Part shown: piece after piece, positions 8,043 to 19,803 of the stretch | Position numbering within the stretch: position 1 is the stretch's first letter | Layout of the letters: every line of letters begins with the position of its first letter | NCBI GenBank assembly: GCA_009602725.1 | Contig: WELB01000025.1 | Coordinates: 628,014-648,013, forward strand | Direction: 5' to 3' | From: Spirogloea muscicola | Taxonomy: Eukaryota | DNA: 20,000 bases | Position numbers and translations under genes: made by a program | The notes under the pieces: model-generated | Databases searched by the model: none | What the model was told of the DNA's origin: nothing | What the model saw: only the letters and a program-made list of their open reading frames with translations

Positions 8043-11000
8043 TCACTTGCGCACAGAGGCGCTCTGATACAAGAGCGCCACATAGAAGAATACGCGATAC
8101 GCGACGAAGAAGAGCACCATGATGAGCAGGTTGAGCCACTGGTGAACCTTGCCTGCCGAGACTGCACGGAGCACGTCGCCAGACGTCTGTGTGCACTGGT
8201 TCTGCGCGTTCCAACCCCAGCACACGTCGCCGAGTCGATGGAACTCATTGTGCTCTAGCGATTCCAGCGGGTACTTGAACGTGGATAAGTAGTGCAGCCA
8301 TATCCAGTACTTGGGAATGCTCTTCCTGCACGAATTGAAGCCAGGTTTGTGATTGGATGCTGCACCTATGATGCAGAATATCTGCTGGCGTGCAGAGCTT
8401 TCACCAGGCGAGCTACACATAGCTGTGGCTCTATATACACTGGGCTCAGCTGTAGGGTCACACTTAAGGCTGCCAGGACAAACGTGTCAATCTGCATCTG
8501 AACGATGACACAGAAAGGGCGGCAACTCACCGGGGGATGAAGAAACCGGAGAAGAGGAAGAAGTAGGCCGTGAGTGCAGTGATGATGGTGTTGCCGGTGA
8601 TGAAGTTGGGGACGAGTGCCCCAAAGAAGATGACAAACGAGTTGGCCACAGCGAGCACGAGAAAGAGGACGAGCACGAAGATGAAGAAGGCGGCTGCGTT
8701 GTAGGCGAGCCCGACCATGAAGTAGGAGACGCACGAGAAGATGAGCGCGAGCATGAAGAGAAAGGGCAGGAAGACGACGGCGTTGGCGATGACGTATGAG
8801 GACGTGCGATATGCGCCGCGCGACGTCTCGCGGATGAAGATCTGGCGCTCCTGGAGGAAGATGGGCAGCGCCTCGGTGGACGTGAAGAGCAGCAGCGCGA
8901 GCGTGAAGGCGAAGAACGACTCCCGCTGCTGCACGCCCTTGGGGCTGTACTTGGCGTCGAAGAAGAGCGAGCCCATGGTGAGGCCCGTCGCCACCTGCAT
9001 GCGGGCCACCGCGGTCACTGCTGCTGTCTCCTGGCTGCGACCCCTGAACGAAATCCCAGTATGGCAAGTATGGCCCTAAATTCTAAACCCTAAACCCCTA
9101 AACCCTAAACCCTAAACCCATATTTGCCTCCAAGTTGGCGGCCACATCCAAGCTCGTGATGAACCACCTGAGACTGTCATGCTCTGCTCTGTGGCCCCCA
9201 CATGGGTCTCGCAACAGGTCTGATGCAGGTGGCAGCCACAGCTGCTGTGCCCAAGACCTGAGGCTGTGGGCAGCACCTGAGTCCAGGTTTCTCTGCTGCA
9301 GGATTCGGGGTTTATGGGGGGCCCTGACCATGAGCCCGATGCGCGCGCCGAAGAGCTCCTTGGTGCGGAAGATGTTCTTGAAGTTGCGGTCGGCGAGCAC
9401 CGCCGTCTCGCCGAGGAACCCGGACGCGTACTCGGGCCGCTCGGCCAGCACGCCCATGCTGCTGCTCGAGAGCGAGAGGCTTTTGAGCGCGTCCTTGCCG
9501 CGCTGCCGCCAGGATGAGCTAGGGAGTGAGGAAGGGCGACATGAGCAACGGGAGGCGCAGGAGGGGAGCTGAGGAGAGGGAAACAGCGGAGGAGGAGAGG
9601 GAAGCCAGGCAGTCCGAATGTCGATTGGAGGAGGGAGGGAGCCGGGAGGGGGGTGTGGAAGNGGAGGGGGGAGGGAGGGAGAGGAGGGGGGGAAGGAGGG
9701 CAAGCGGCAGCGTCGCACATGGAAGTCGACCAGCGGCTGCAGGCCCTCCGGGCCGTCCTGCTGCTCCTCGATCAGGTCCAGCGCGTACTCCAGGACGTTG
9801 ACCTGCGGTGGCGGCAGCAGCCGCGCTGGCCGGCTCAGCTGCCATCAGGAGGAGGGTGAGAGGGGGGAGGAGGGGGCAGGGGCGGGGCTCACGTGCTCGG
9901 GCACGGCCCGGCCGTACTCGCGGAAGTGGCCGGGCAGATCCGCCAGGGAGCCGTGGTAGATGGAGTGGCCGCGCGCGAGCACGAGGTAGCTGTGGATCAG
10001 CTCCAGGATGCGGAAGCTCGGCTGGTGGATGGTCAGGATCACGGTGCGCTTGCGCTGCGGGGACGTCACAAGCGTAGCACGGGTGGTCACGTCAGCTTCG
10101 GAGCTGGCCAAACGTGTGTCAAGCAGCCTCGAGATCTTGCGGTGTCTGGCTTCAGCAACACTTTGAGAGAGAGGAGGGAGGGAGGGAAGAGAGAGGAGAA
10201 CGGAGCCGGAAGGGGTTTGGGAGGGTGACAGAGGAGGGAGGAGGGAGCGAGGGTGCAAGGGCAAGTGTGCAGCAGCGAGCGGGAGAGAGGGAGGAGGGAG
10301 GTGGAGAGGAGGGAGGAGAACACACCTGCTCGGCGATGTTATGGAGGTTCTGGACGACGTTGAGTGCGGAGGTCGAGTCGAGGCCAGATGTGGGCTCGTC
10401 GAGGAAGAGCACGGCGGGGTCATGGATGAGGTCGACGCCGATGGAGACGCGGCGGCGCTCGCCGCCTGACACGCCGCGCACCTCCTCGTTGCCGATCTTG
10501 GTGTCGGCGCAGCCGCGCAGGCCGAGCTCGTCGATGAGCATATCGACGCGCTCTCGCTTCTCGGCCGCCGTCATGGAGGCCGGGAGGCGGAGGCGCGCGG
10601 AGAAGAGCAGCGTCTCGCGCACGGACAGCATGGGGAAGAGGGCGTCGTCCTGCATGACGTAGCCCGACTGCCGCTTGAAGCCGCTGTCCACCTCCTTGCC
10701 GTTCACCAGGATCGACCCCTGCGTGCGGAGCAGTGGGGGAAGATAAAAGGGCGGGAGAGTGAGAAGCAGAGCTGGCAAGAAGGGGGAAAGGAGGGGAGGA
10801 GAGGTAGAAGAAAACGAGAGAGCGAAAGAGGGAAAATGCACCTTACTGCAGGATGGCAGAGCCCGGGGGTTGAGAGGAGGGAAGGAGGGAGAGAGGGAGG
10901 GAGAGAGGGAGGGAGGAGGGAGGGAGCAACAGGCGCTGGACAGGGCAATGAAGAGTCACCAGAGGCAAGAGGCTAGTAGTAGAAGGTGGAAATGCTGGAA

Positions 11001-11439
11001 GATGAAGAAGGGGAAGTGAGGAGGGAGGTGAGCAGGGAGGTGGGCCAAGGGTGAAGAGGAGAAGTGAGCTCAAAGCATAAGCTGTACACATTGAGGGCAA
11101 GCCGGCATAAACTGCAGCTTGTAGTGTGCATGCACGTGAGCGAGCCCGCAAGCTCACCTGCAGGCTCCGGGGGTCGATGCGGCCCGCGACCGCGTCCAGG
11201 AACGTGGACTTGCCCGCGCCTGACGGCCCGACGACAGCGAGGATGCGGCCGTGGAGGGCGCGCGCACTCACGCCCGCCAGCAGCGTCTTCTCGCTCGCCG
11301 CCTGCTTCTTGGTCGCGGGCACGGTGACCTGTTGCGGGCGAGCAGGTGAGGGGTTGTGCAAGGGAAGCCAATGTGTGAGAAGAGTGAGCCAGAAAGCGGG
11401 TGATGTGGGTGGTGAAGACAGCGACATGGTGAATGGAAC

Positions 11440-11522
<83 letters not shown>

Positions 11523-11873
11523 AGGGGTGGAGGGAACAGAGAGGGATGGGCGAGGCGGGAGAGAGCGGAGAGACAATGGGGGAGAGGAGATGGGGGAGGG
11601 TGGGGTTAAGAGTCGAAGAGGGATCGACGACTGCGCCTGCAAGTAGAGCAGGAGCGTGGCTACGGAGGCTTGAACCTTGTATGTCAGGTCCTGGACAGTG
11701 AGGTCGTAGATGGCGTGGTCGAAGGCAGCCCCGGATGGCTTGCGCTCCATCTTGCCATTCTGCGCGGCGGCAGGCGGCGCAGCAATGCCGTTGCTGTGGC
11801 CGCCGCCGCCGCCGACGGCCGGGCGCACCTCGCCCAGCTCCACGTCCGCCGCAAGCGTGGGCTCGCCCATCAT
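8043..11873 (-). CDS. Half-size ABCG (WBC-type) transporter A, 8 exons: 11873-11676, 11328-11158, 10718-10326, 10054-9893, 9802-9719, 9502-9329, 8994-8531, 8325-8043; ~642 aa; resembles the plant ABCG4/5/8/10/23 group
   Basis: Walker [11 protein letters not shown]-loop GYVMQDD, signature [12 protein letters not shown], Walker [13 protein letters not shown]-loop TIHQP; NBD before [65 protein letters not shown] introns; exon sum 1929 nt is in frame. The start codon is the best candidate, as the frame stays open towards the gap. Confidence 0.93.
9074..9119. repeat. Interstitial plant-type telomeric repeat (CCCTAAA/TTTAGGG), ~6 imperfect units, intronic
   Basis: ccctaaa ttctaaa ccctaaa cccctaaa ccctaaa ccctaaa ccc. 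Confidence 0.9.
11442..11520. repeat. (GA)n microsatellite, ~39 units, in intron 1 of ABCG A
   Basis: Perfect GA run read directly. Confidence 0.98.
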
Positions 11874-12040
11874 CCACGCTCTCCCGACGCGGCAGAGAAG
11901 GCAATGTGGGGAGCCGCCGCCGCCGCCGCCGTCGCTGCGGCGCCCGCGGGAGTGGCGGCGGTGGTGGGGAGAAGAGGCTGCAGGAGCGAGGTGGGCGCCA
12001 GGTGGGCGACGGAGCTGGCGCAGCGGCGGCGGAGGGGGGG

Positions 12041-12510
12041 NNNNNNNNNNNNNNNNNNNNNNNNNNNNNNNNNNNNNNNNNNNNNNNNNNNNNNNNNNNN
12101 NNNNNNNNNNNNNNNNNNNNNNNNNNNNNNNNNNNNNNNNNNNNNNNNNNNNNNNNNNNNNNNNNNNNNNNNNNNNNNNNNNNNNNNNNNNNNNNNNNNN
12201 NNNNNNNNNNNNNNNNNNNNNNNNNNNNNNNNNNNNNNNNNNNNNNNNNNNNNNNNNNNNNNNNNNNNNNNNNNNNNNNNNNNNNNNNNNNNNNNNNNNN
12301 NNNNNNNNNNNNNNNNNNNNNNNNNNNNNNNNNNNNNNNNNNNNNNNNNNNNNNNNNNNNNNNNNNNNNNNNNNNNNNNNNNNNNNNNNNNNNNNNNNNN
12401 NNNNNNNNNNNNNNNNNNNNNNNNNNNNNNNNNNNNNNNNNNNNNNNNNNNNNNNNNNNNNNNNNNNNNNNNNNNNNNNNNNNNNNNNNNNNNNNNNNNN
12501 NNNNNNNNNN
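12041..12510. other. Assembly gap (470 N); probably hides the start codon of ABCG B and the shared upstream region
   Basis: Run of N flanked by very GC-rich sequence. Confidence 0.99.
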
Positions 12511-15500
12511 AGCGCGGCGCCGGCGGCCGCTAACGCCGCCGCCGCTGCCGGCCTGCAGCCGCTGCTTGGCCGGAGACTGCAGGCCCGGCCGGGCTTCCGC
12601 GCCGCGCGCCAGCACCTCGAGTACGACCTTGAGGTCCAGGACCTCACCTACAAGGTACCTGCTTCAGAGCACCAACAAGCTCCTGAGCCTAGCCTTCCTC
12701 GTCTGTCTCGAAAAGCGGCGCTAAAGCAGATGCACTGGCAAGGATAGACTATAGAGGATAGAGATTGCTCTGAGTGCTGCGGACTCCTCATCACCAGTCG
12801 TGATCTGAGGGCGAACCAAGTGGCTGGAGTGCGCAACAGGTCGCGATCAAGGCCACGAAGAAGCTGCCGGCCAGCGAGCGGGTCCTGCTGAACCGGGTGT
12901 CGGCCACAGCCAAGCATGGGGAGATCCTTGCCATTGTCGGGCCCTCGGGAGCCGGAAAGTCCACTTTTCTGGATGCAGTGGCTGGCCGCATCAACTTTCA
13001 CAGCCTGCAGGTTCCACGGCGTCAAGTACATAGATCAGGGGTCAACGTGCGCCTATGCATTGCATTGGCATCAGCAATCTTGACTTCAAGCTAACATTGT
13101 CTTCAACAGCTTCATGAGGGGGCACTTGACGTATTAGGCCTCATTTGATCTCAAGGGGTGGCGAGAATTGTGAGTGAGGGTCCTACCATGAGCCTGAGAG
13201 AGCCTCGTTATGACCGGTCCATTCACATCGATGTCGTGCCTCCGCCACAGGGGTCCATCCGCCTGAATGGCCGGGACGTGGATCAGAGCTTCAAGCGCCG
13301 ATCGGGCTACGTGATGCAGGACGACGCCCTCTTTCCCATGCTCACAGTGCGCGAAACGCTGCTCTTCTCTGCGAGCCTGCGCCTGCCTGGGTATATGGCC
13401 TGGGCTGAGAAGGTGGAGAGAGTTGACTCCCTCATTGAGGAGCTCGCGCTCCACCATTGCATCAACACCAAGATCGGGAATGAGGAGGTGATTCCAATTC
13501 CCTCCCCCCTTGGTGTAGTGCAGTAACTGTGAGTTTCTTGTCGACTTATATGAGGCGCTTACAGCAAATCAGGAGAAGAACTGGGGTAAGCCGATGCAAA
13601 GTTGCATTTGTCGAAGTCGTAAGGAATGAAGGCTAGCCCTGTAGCCTTTTGGTGTGCTGATTTTGCCTGCATGGAGACTTAAAGTTTGTAAGTCGACAAA
13701 ATTAGTTATGGATATGCACCATGTATATTTCAAGTGAAGCCCAGCCCAACCTCTGCTACCCCATCTGCAAATACTTGAGGTCTCTCCAAAGGAAGGAGAA
13801 ACAGCTCGAACCTGCAGAGCAAAGACCTCGAGAAGTAATGGGGGGTGGGCATCAAGCATGGCAGCTCCATCCTGCTTGCAGTCAAAACAAAGTCGTCTTG
13901 AGAGTAACTGATTTATGCTGCCAGCAGATAAAGGGGGTCTCCGGAGGCGAGAGGAGGCGCGTATCGATTGGTGTGGACCTCATCCACGATCCAGCAGTCA
14001 TATTCTTGGATGAGCCCACCTCGGGCCTGGACAGCTCGTCGGCGCTCAATGTCATGCAGATCCTGGCTGACATTGCCGAGCAGGTCTGTCTACTCATGTC
14101 TGTAGGCGCTTTCCCTGCTAGCTGCTGATAAGGTCAGGTCCGACTGTAGCCCTTCATCAGTCATGAGTCATCAGTCATCACTGGGATCAACCCATCTGAC
14201 CACCAGTCTTGCCTGATGACCAGGGAAGACGGACAGTTGTTTTGACCATTCACCAGCCAAGTTTCCGCATAATAGACCTCATCCACAATCTGCTCATTTT
14301 GGCGCATGGGCATGCCGTCTATCATGGAGCCTGCACGGGCCTGAAGGACTATCTCAGCAGATTTGGAGCACACATCCCTGCACAGGTGCACTCCCAAATG
14401 CTAGTTGAGGCCATTTTTAGGTGACTGACACATGCACATTAGCACGCATTGGTCCTCGTCGAGACCGTAAAGCGCTAACACTGCTCAGCGCCTACACTGC
14501 TCAATTCCGGCTGCAGTGGGCACTCTGGTCGGTTCCTTGTATCGATTCGTATCATATCGTAACCAGTACCAGTGCCATTGATTTAGGTCAACATGCTTGA
14601 GTACGTGCTTGACTTGATCGAAGACTATCAGGACAGGCCTGGCGGGCTACAAACTCTCAAGTCATCTGAGGTGCAAGACCGACTTGCCGGCTTGCCACGT
14701 CAGCAGGTTCCAGAGCGTCATCTGTAAACCACAACATGAACATATGGACACACTGTCAGCATGATGATGCCAAGATGTTCTTTACTTACCCTTCACAGCA
14801 GCGGGGTGTTTGTGGCAGTGTGAGTAATGCTTACTACACTTTGCAATGACTGACAGAGCAGCGGGCTGTGAGCTCCAAGTGACGAAGTATGCTGCAGGTG
14901 AGCAAGGAGCGGGCAGCAGGCTTTTGGCAAGGACCCAATGGCGCTTGCATACCAGTACTGAACAGCTTCAACAAGTTCCCTTTGGCTCAAAAGGAAGAGA
15001 AGGCACGCTTTGCCACGTCCTTCCTGCACGAAATCTGGTACTTGTCAAGCCGGAATGCGAAGAACCAGTCACGCACAAGGGACCTATTCTTTTCACGGCT
15101 TTCTGTGATGGTGAGGTATTACCACCCGTCTAGATGTGAGGTCTGAAACCTATCAGAACGAGATGCTAGCAGAATCAAACAAAAAGGTCAGCTCTGTGGC
15201 ATTTGCATGCACCATCTGCGTCAAATGTTGCATACAAGTAGAACATGTTCACCCAGCGGCTGCCATAATTGCACCTTGCGGTCGCTCACCTACACAACCA
15301 GACAAGTGCCAGGTTGTGATGGGCCTGACGATGGGCTCTCTCTTCTTCAATGCTGGATTCACGACCAAGGGGATAAGGGAGCGCAATGCTCTATTTTCTT
15401 TCACTGTGGCCTTAATAATGTATAACTCCATGGACGCCCTTCCGATATTCTTGCAGGTACTTTGACCACCTCCGTCATATGACTGACACTCAGTGAGCAC

Positions 15501-16331
15501 CTGCACAGCATGAGACCTCATTGTGGTGGCCTGCACTGTGATGGCCTGTACTGAACCTCGTCTGAAGTACGTCAATCTTCCTCGTTCAGGAGCGCGACAT
15601 ATGCCTAAGAGAGTTGTCTAGAGGAGCATACCGCCCGGCGAGCTACGTACTCTCTAGCACCCTCACGTCGCTGCCCACATTCGTGGCCCTCTCCTTGGCT
15701 CTCTCCGGCTGTACATACTTTCTGGCCAATCTGGACCGCTCCGTGCCCGCATTTTCCTTCTTCTTGCTCATCTGCTTCCTCACCTTCACCGTAGCTAATG
15801 CGTGGGTGACAATGTGGAGCGCCATAGCGCCAACATATTACACATCCAACAGCATTGTGGCCGCCTCGTTTTCCTACTTCTTCCTCTTCTGTGGCTATTT
15901 CCTGCCAAGGTCATTCTGGAAATGTGCTTTAGCATTTCAATCACTTCTTCACAGGCTCTCCAGACAAATGGATCAGCTTATGCTTGTAATCAATGCAATG
16001 ACTTTCGGCAGCATGACTCTGTCCTTGCACCCTCTTGACTCACAGGAGTAGCATACCCAAGTACTGGATATGGATGCACTATGCCAACCTTTTCAAGTAT
16101 CCACTGGAGGGGCTGATGTGGAACGAGTACAGCAGGCTTGGAGGGCACTGCTTCAATCGTAATACTGTCACGCATTTATGCTCAAAGAGCAGCAGCGATG
16201 TGCTCAATGATTCGTCGCTTGGCAAAGTCAACTTCAAATTGACCTTATATGTTATGGTAGCCTTTGCTTTAGTTTTTCGCTGTGTGGTCTATTTGGCCCT
16301 GCTTCGAAGGTCACGGGCTGTCCGCAACTAG
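12511..16331 (+). CDS. Half-size ABCG transporter B, paralog of A, 5' end in the gap; exons <=12511-12654, 12840-13010, 13251-13487, 13928-14083, 14224-14385, 14587-14670, 14898-15110, 15313-15456, 15590-15909, 16046-16331
   Basis: [122 protein letters not shown] introns, seven at the same positions as in gene A. Confidence 0.92.
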
Positions 16332-17076
16332 TATGTACCGAAGCAAGTGCTACTGCCGCTTGTCAGACCCTCAACAACTTGTGAACAAGAGTGACATGAG
16401 GTAACACTTCTGCATTGCTTCCATAGACTGCTATCAATGTGTGTGGACAACAAGTCAAGTTGACCTACTTATGGCTCACTCTGCCAATTGATACAGCTGA
16501 TCAGCTTGTCTTTGCAGCGAGGGTTTTGATGCCCTCGCTGTATGAGTGCATGACCTGAAGTCCCAGTCACTAAGTGTGCTGCTGGTATGCCCGGTCTTGA
16601 TGGACAGGAGGTCAGATATGTGTAACTGTACAAACTTGCCTTGCTTCATAGCAAGGAATGAATGGGGCACGTGATTGCATCCTAAGGCTATCAGTCAATT
16701 GGTGAGAAGGAAAGGGGAGTGTCGGAAGATAGCAACCATGGTGCTGAACATCTTCATCTTCTCTCCAGCAGCTATTCAGTGTATACCAGTGCCTCCAGGC
16801 AGCACCAATTATCGCCCACTATTTTTGAGGATTCCAACCAATAGGTAGACCACTTAATGTCCAGCCATGCCACAGCTTTGGCCTGGCATCTTCAAAAGCA
16901 TATGTTAGGAGGTCGGAGCACCGTAACTTGTGGAGGTTACAATGTGGACAGCTCGCCAATGGCTCAGCCAATGAACCCCGTCGCCAAGAGCGTAATGCAG
17001 CCTCCTGGCTCCACTCCTCCATGTGGCATGTACGGAAGCCGAGCACGTGGCAAACAGACCATGCTTGCGGGTCCTT

Positions 17077-19771
17077 TCAGCCATCCTCATATGCAATGTG
17101 CACTCCTTGGGTGGCCCTCGAAAAGCGCCTGCGAGAATCGGCCTTGGCTGCAGCCTCGTCGCTTGGTCCTAGAGTCGGTCCAGGCCCACGCTGCCGTCGA
17201 GTCCTACTCACACCAAGGCGGGGCAAGCCACGGTTGAGGCCCTCCAAAAGGACGCATGCCTTGCACCATTCCTGCCACAGCGTGTTGATGACATTGGTTT
17301 ACATTCGAAATTTGCAGTAGGTTGCATGAGACTGCAGAAGATTGTCATCAGGCATATAGTATTAGAGCATAAGCCTTGCAGAGCGACTGGCAGTCCCAAG
17401 CAGCAAGACATTTGAGGACACGCTGCAAGAATTGCGCTGCAAGAATGTGGGGAGGGGTGCCTGAAGCACAGAAAGGCAAGAGGAGCCTGCCTGGCTCGCA
17501 AGATAGCCGCAGCGGGCACATGTGCCCTGGACAGGCATGCGTGCCGTCTCCTCAAAGCGGAACTCCTCTGCTGAGCTGATGATGTCCAGAATCGCCCGCG
17601 GCCTGCAGACCAGATAGCAGATAACAGAACTTCACAGGTGGGACGTCGTAATGTACCGTATGAATTGCTCAATTGGTTTGGCAAAAGGAAGATGAAGAAT
17701 TTGCAGAATGACTGCATGATATGGCAACATACGCAGCACCCTCTTCTCCTATTGACTCAGCTTCGACAGAATGCTACCATACTTGCAAGCTAATTCTCCT
17801 CAACAGGAACGAGCTAGCAGGTGCATTTGACCCCATTGACAGTGCACCTTATGGCCTCGAGGTCCTTGATATAGTCTCTTGCAAACCCACGGTACGCATC
17901 CGGTGAGTATATGCCTGCAAAACATGGCTGCTGATCAGCCGCAGAGCAACTCAGCTATTGCAAGTATGCACAAATTGGCTTCAAGAATTACTGACAGGAG
18001 CCAACAGAAGAAGCTCACACTCAGTGGAGAAGTAATCGAGCTTCTTGAAGTAGGCATACGTGAGTAAGGAAGATTGATTCAGGTCAAGGAGCACTGCCAC
18101 AAGACTTTGAGCCTGACTCAGCAAGTTGTTCTAGTCTTCACCACCAACCAACTCAATCTGATCACGCAACTCTTTGTTCTCAACCTGACCAATACTGTTA
18201 GGCTCAAAAGTTCATAAGGGAGTCATTCTTAGAGTGTTACTTCTCTGCACAACAGACTTGAGGCCCATGAGTTGAGCTAGACTTTGGCATCCGGCTTGAG
18301 CTGGGCCTTCTGTAGGCTCAGCTCGCTCACAGATGAAGGGCAGGATATATAACAATCTCCTTCTCATACGTGTACTTGAACGGCTTGCACCGCGGCAGGG
18401 CACTGCCTTCGCCTGTCACGATAGCCGCGCAGCGGCTCAGCCTGCCCATCACAAGCCAGCACGTCGTTCCTTCAGCCTTGGATGCCATTTAGCTGGAGCT
18501 GAGTGCCCAATCAATGCCTTTGATAAGTCAGATTCTGAACATTTAGTCCAAGTCAGCACCCTCAAAGACATCAACTGACAATTGATGACTAGTTGCAAAT
18601 GGCAGGCCTCTGCAAGGGCTTTGGCGCACCACCTGGCAATGTCTCCCCGGAGGAGGTTGAGGATGACAGTCTCAGCAATGTCGTCGGCATTGTGGCCGGT
18701 CGCCATCTTGTCCGCCTTCATCTTTGCTGCCCCGCGGTCCAGTGCCTGCAAGCTCAACAGAGAATTACATTCCTCTCAGGTGCTGCACGGTGGGCTTACA
18801 ACGATATTGTGGGCGTCTATGATCTGGGTAACGGATTTCGATACTAGGATTCTCATAAGAGTAGGCCCTGCGGAGGCGTTGTTGTCTTACGACCGATGCT
18901 CGCCCTTCCTGTGATCCTGCAACAGCATTATTCAATTGGACACTTGCCTGTCGCCGGAAGACACCGCAGAAGGTGCAGTTGCTGCCGCGTCCGATCTGCG
19001 CCACAATCTCATCCATGGTCCAGCCGTAGAGCTCCTTGTACGACAGCACCTCCAGCGGCAGGCCATACTGCAAGGCCAGCGCAACACGCTGTCATGATGG
19101 GCTTGACCCAACCGGCTCATAACCACGGCCAAAACAAGACCGAGTCTCTGCAACAAGAGGTTGAGATTATACACATGGAATGGCGCAAACCAGACCTTAC
19201 CATGACGGTTCAAGATTGAGTCCACTAATAGAATGCCAAACAGATATGCGAGGGGAGCTCTGCCAAAGGGGACGGGGGCTGTGGATGGCTAGCCCAGACA
19301 GAATGAACGAGTTCCAAAGGGCCGAGAGGCGCCGAAGCCCACACAGCTATGCAAGGGACTACAGCGCATGGGAGCTTGGTAACCCCGAGGTCAGCAGCCG
19401 TGAGTCGGAGTGACTAGCAGCTGAAATAGGGGCACCCGACGAGACCCAGAAGCAGCAGCCGTAGCTATGCCCAGAGGGGCCGTGGTGTGCACACTCAGGC
19501 GGCAGCTTTGTGGGTCGCCGAGCCCATGGTGGGCAGCGAGGCGGCGGACCTGCTTCTCGTTGCGGCGGACGGTGTCGAGGGAGTCGTCGCGGTAGCCGGC
19601 GATGCCCTCGTCGATGGAGAGCAGGAAGAGGTCGAGGCCGTAGCCGTGGCGCGCGTTGAGCAGCGCCAGGACGTGCGCCAGCACGGTGGAGTCTGCGCCG
19701 CCGCCGCGCCATGGGCGCAGACTCTTCGACCCTTCAACCCTTACTTCCTGACCGATGTCCAGCCGGCGGCA

Positions 19772-19803
<32 letters not shown>

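Noticed and set aside
9074..9119. True chromosome end
   Set aside because: Short, imperfect and inside an intron of an intact gene
11268..12747. Long ORFs of 287-459 aa
   Set aside because: Artefacts of translating through the N gap; only the ABCG first-exon parts are supported
8043..16331. Calling the pair STR/STR2 (mycorrhizal ABCGs)
   Set aside because: The Walker A region is similar, but [18 protein letters not shown] and LVPNFI look more like the ABCG5/10/23 group; needs a phylogeny
8043..16331. The pair as an assembly or haplotype duplicate
   Set aside because: Proteins, introns and intron number differ substantially
16332..17076. Small ORFs between the convergent ABCG B and CTU1 stops
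   Set aside because: No motifs; consistent with 3' UTR or intergenic DNA
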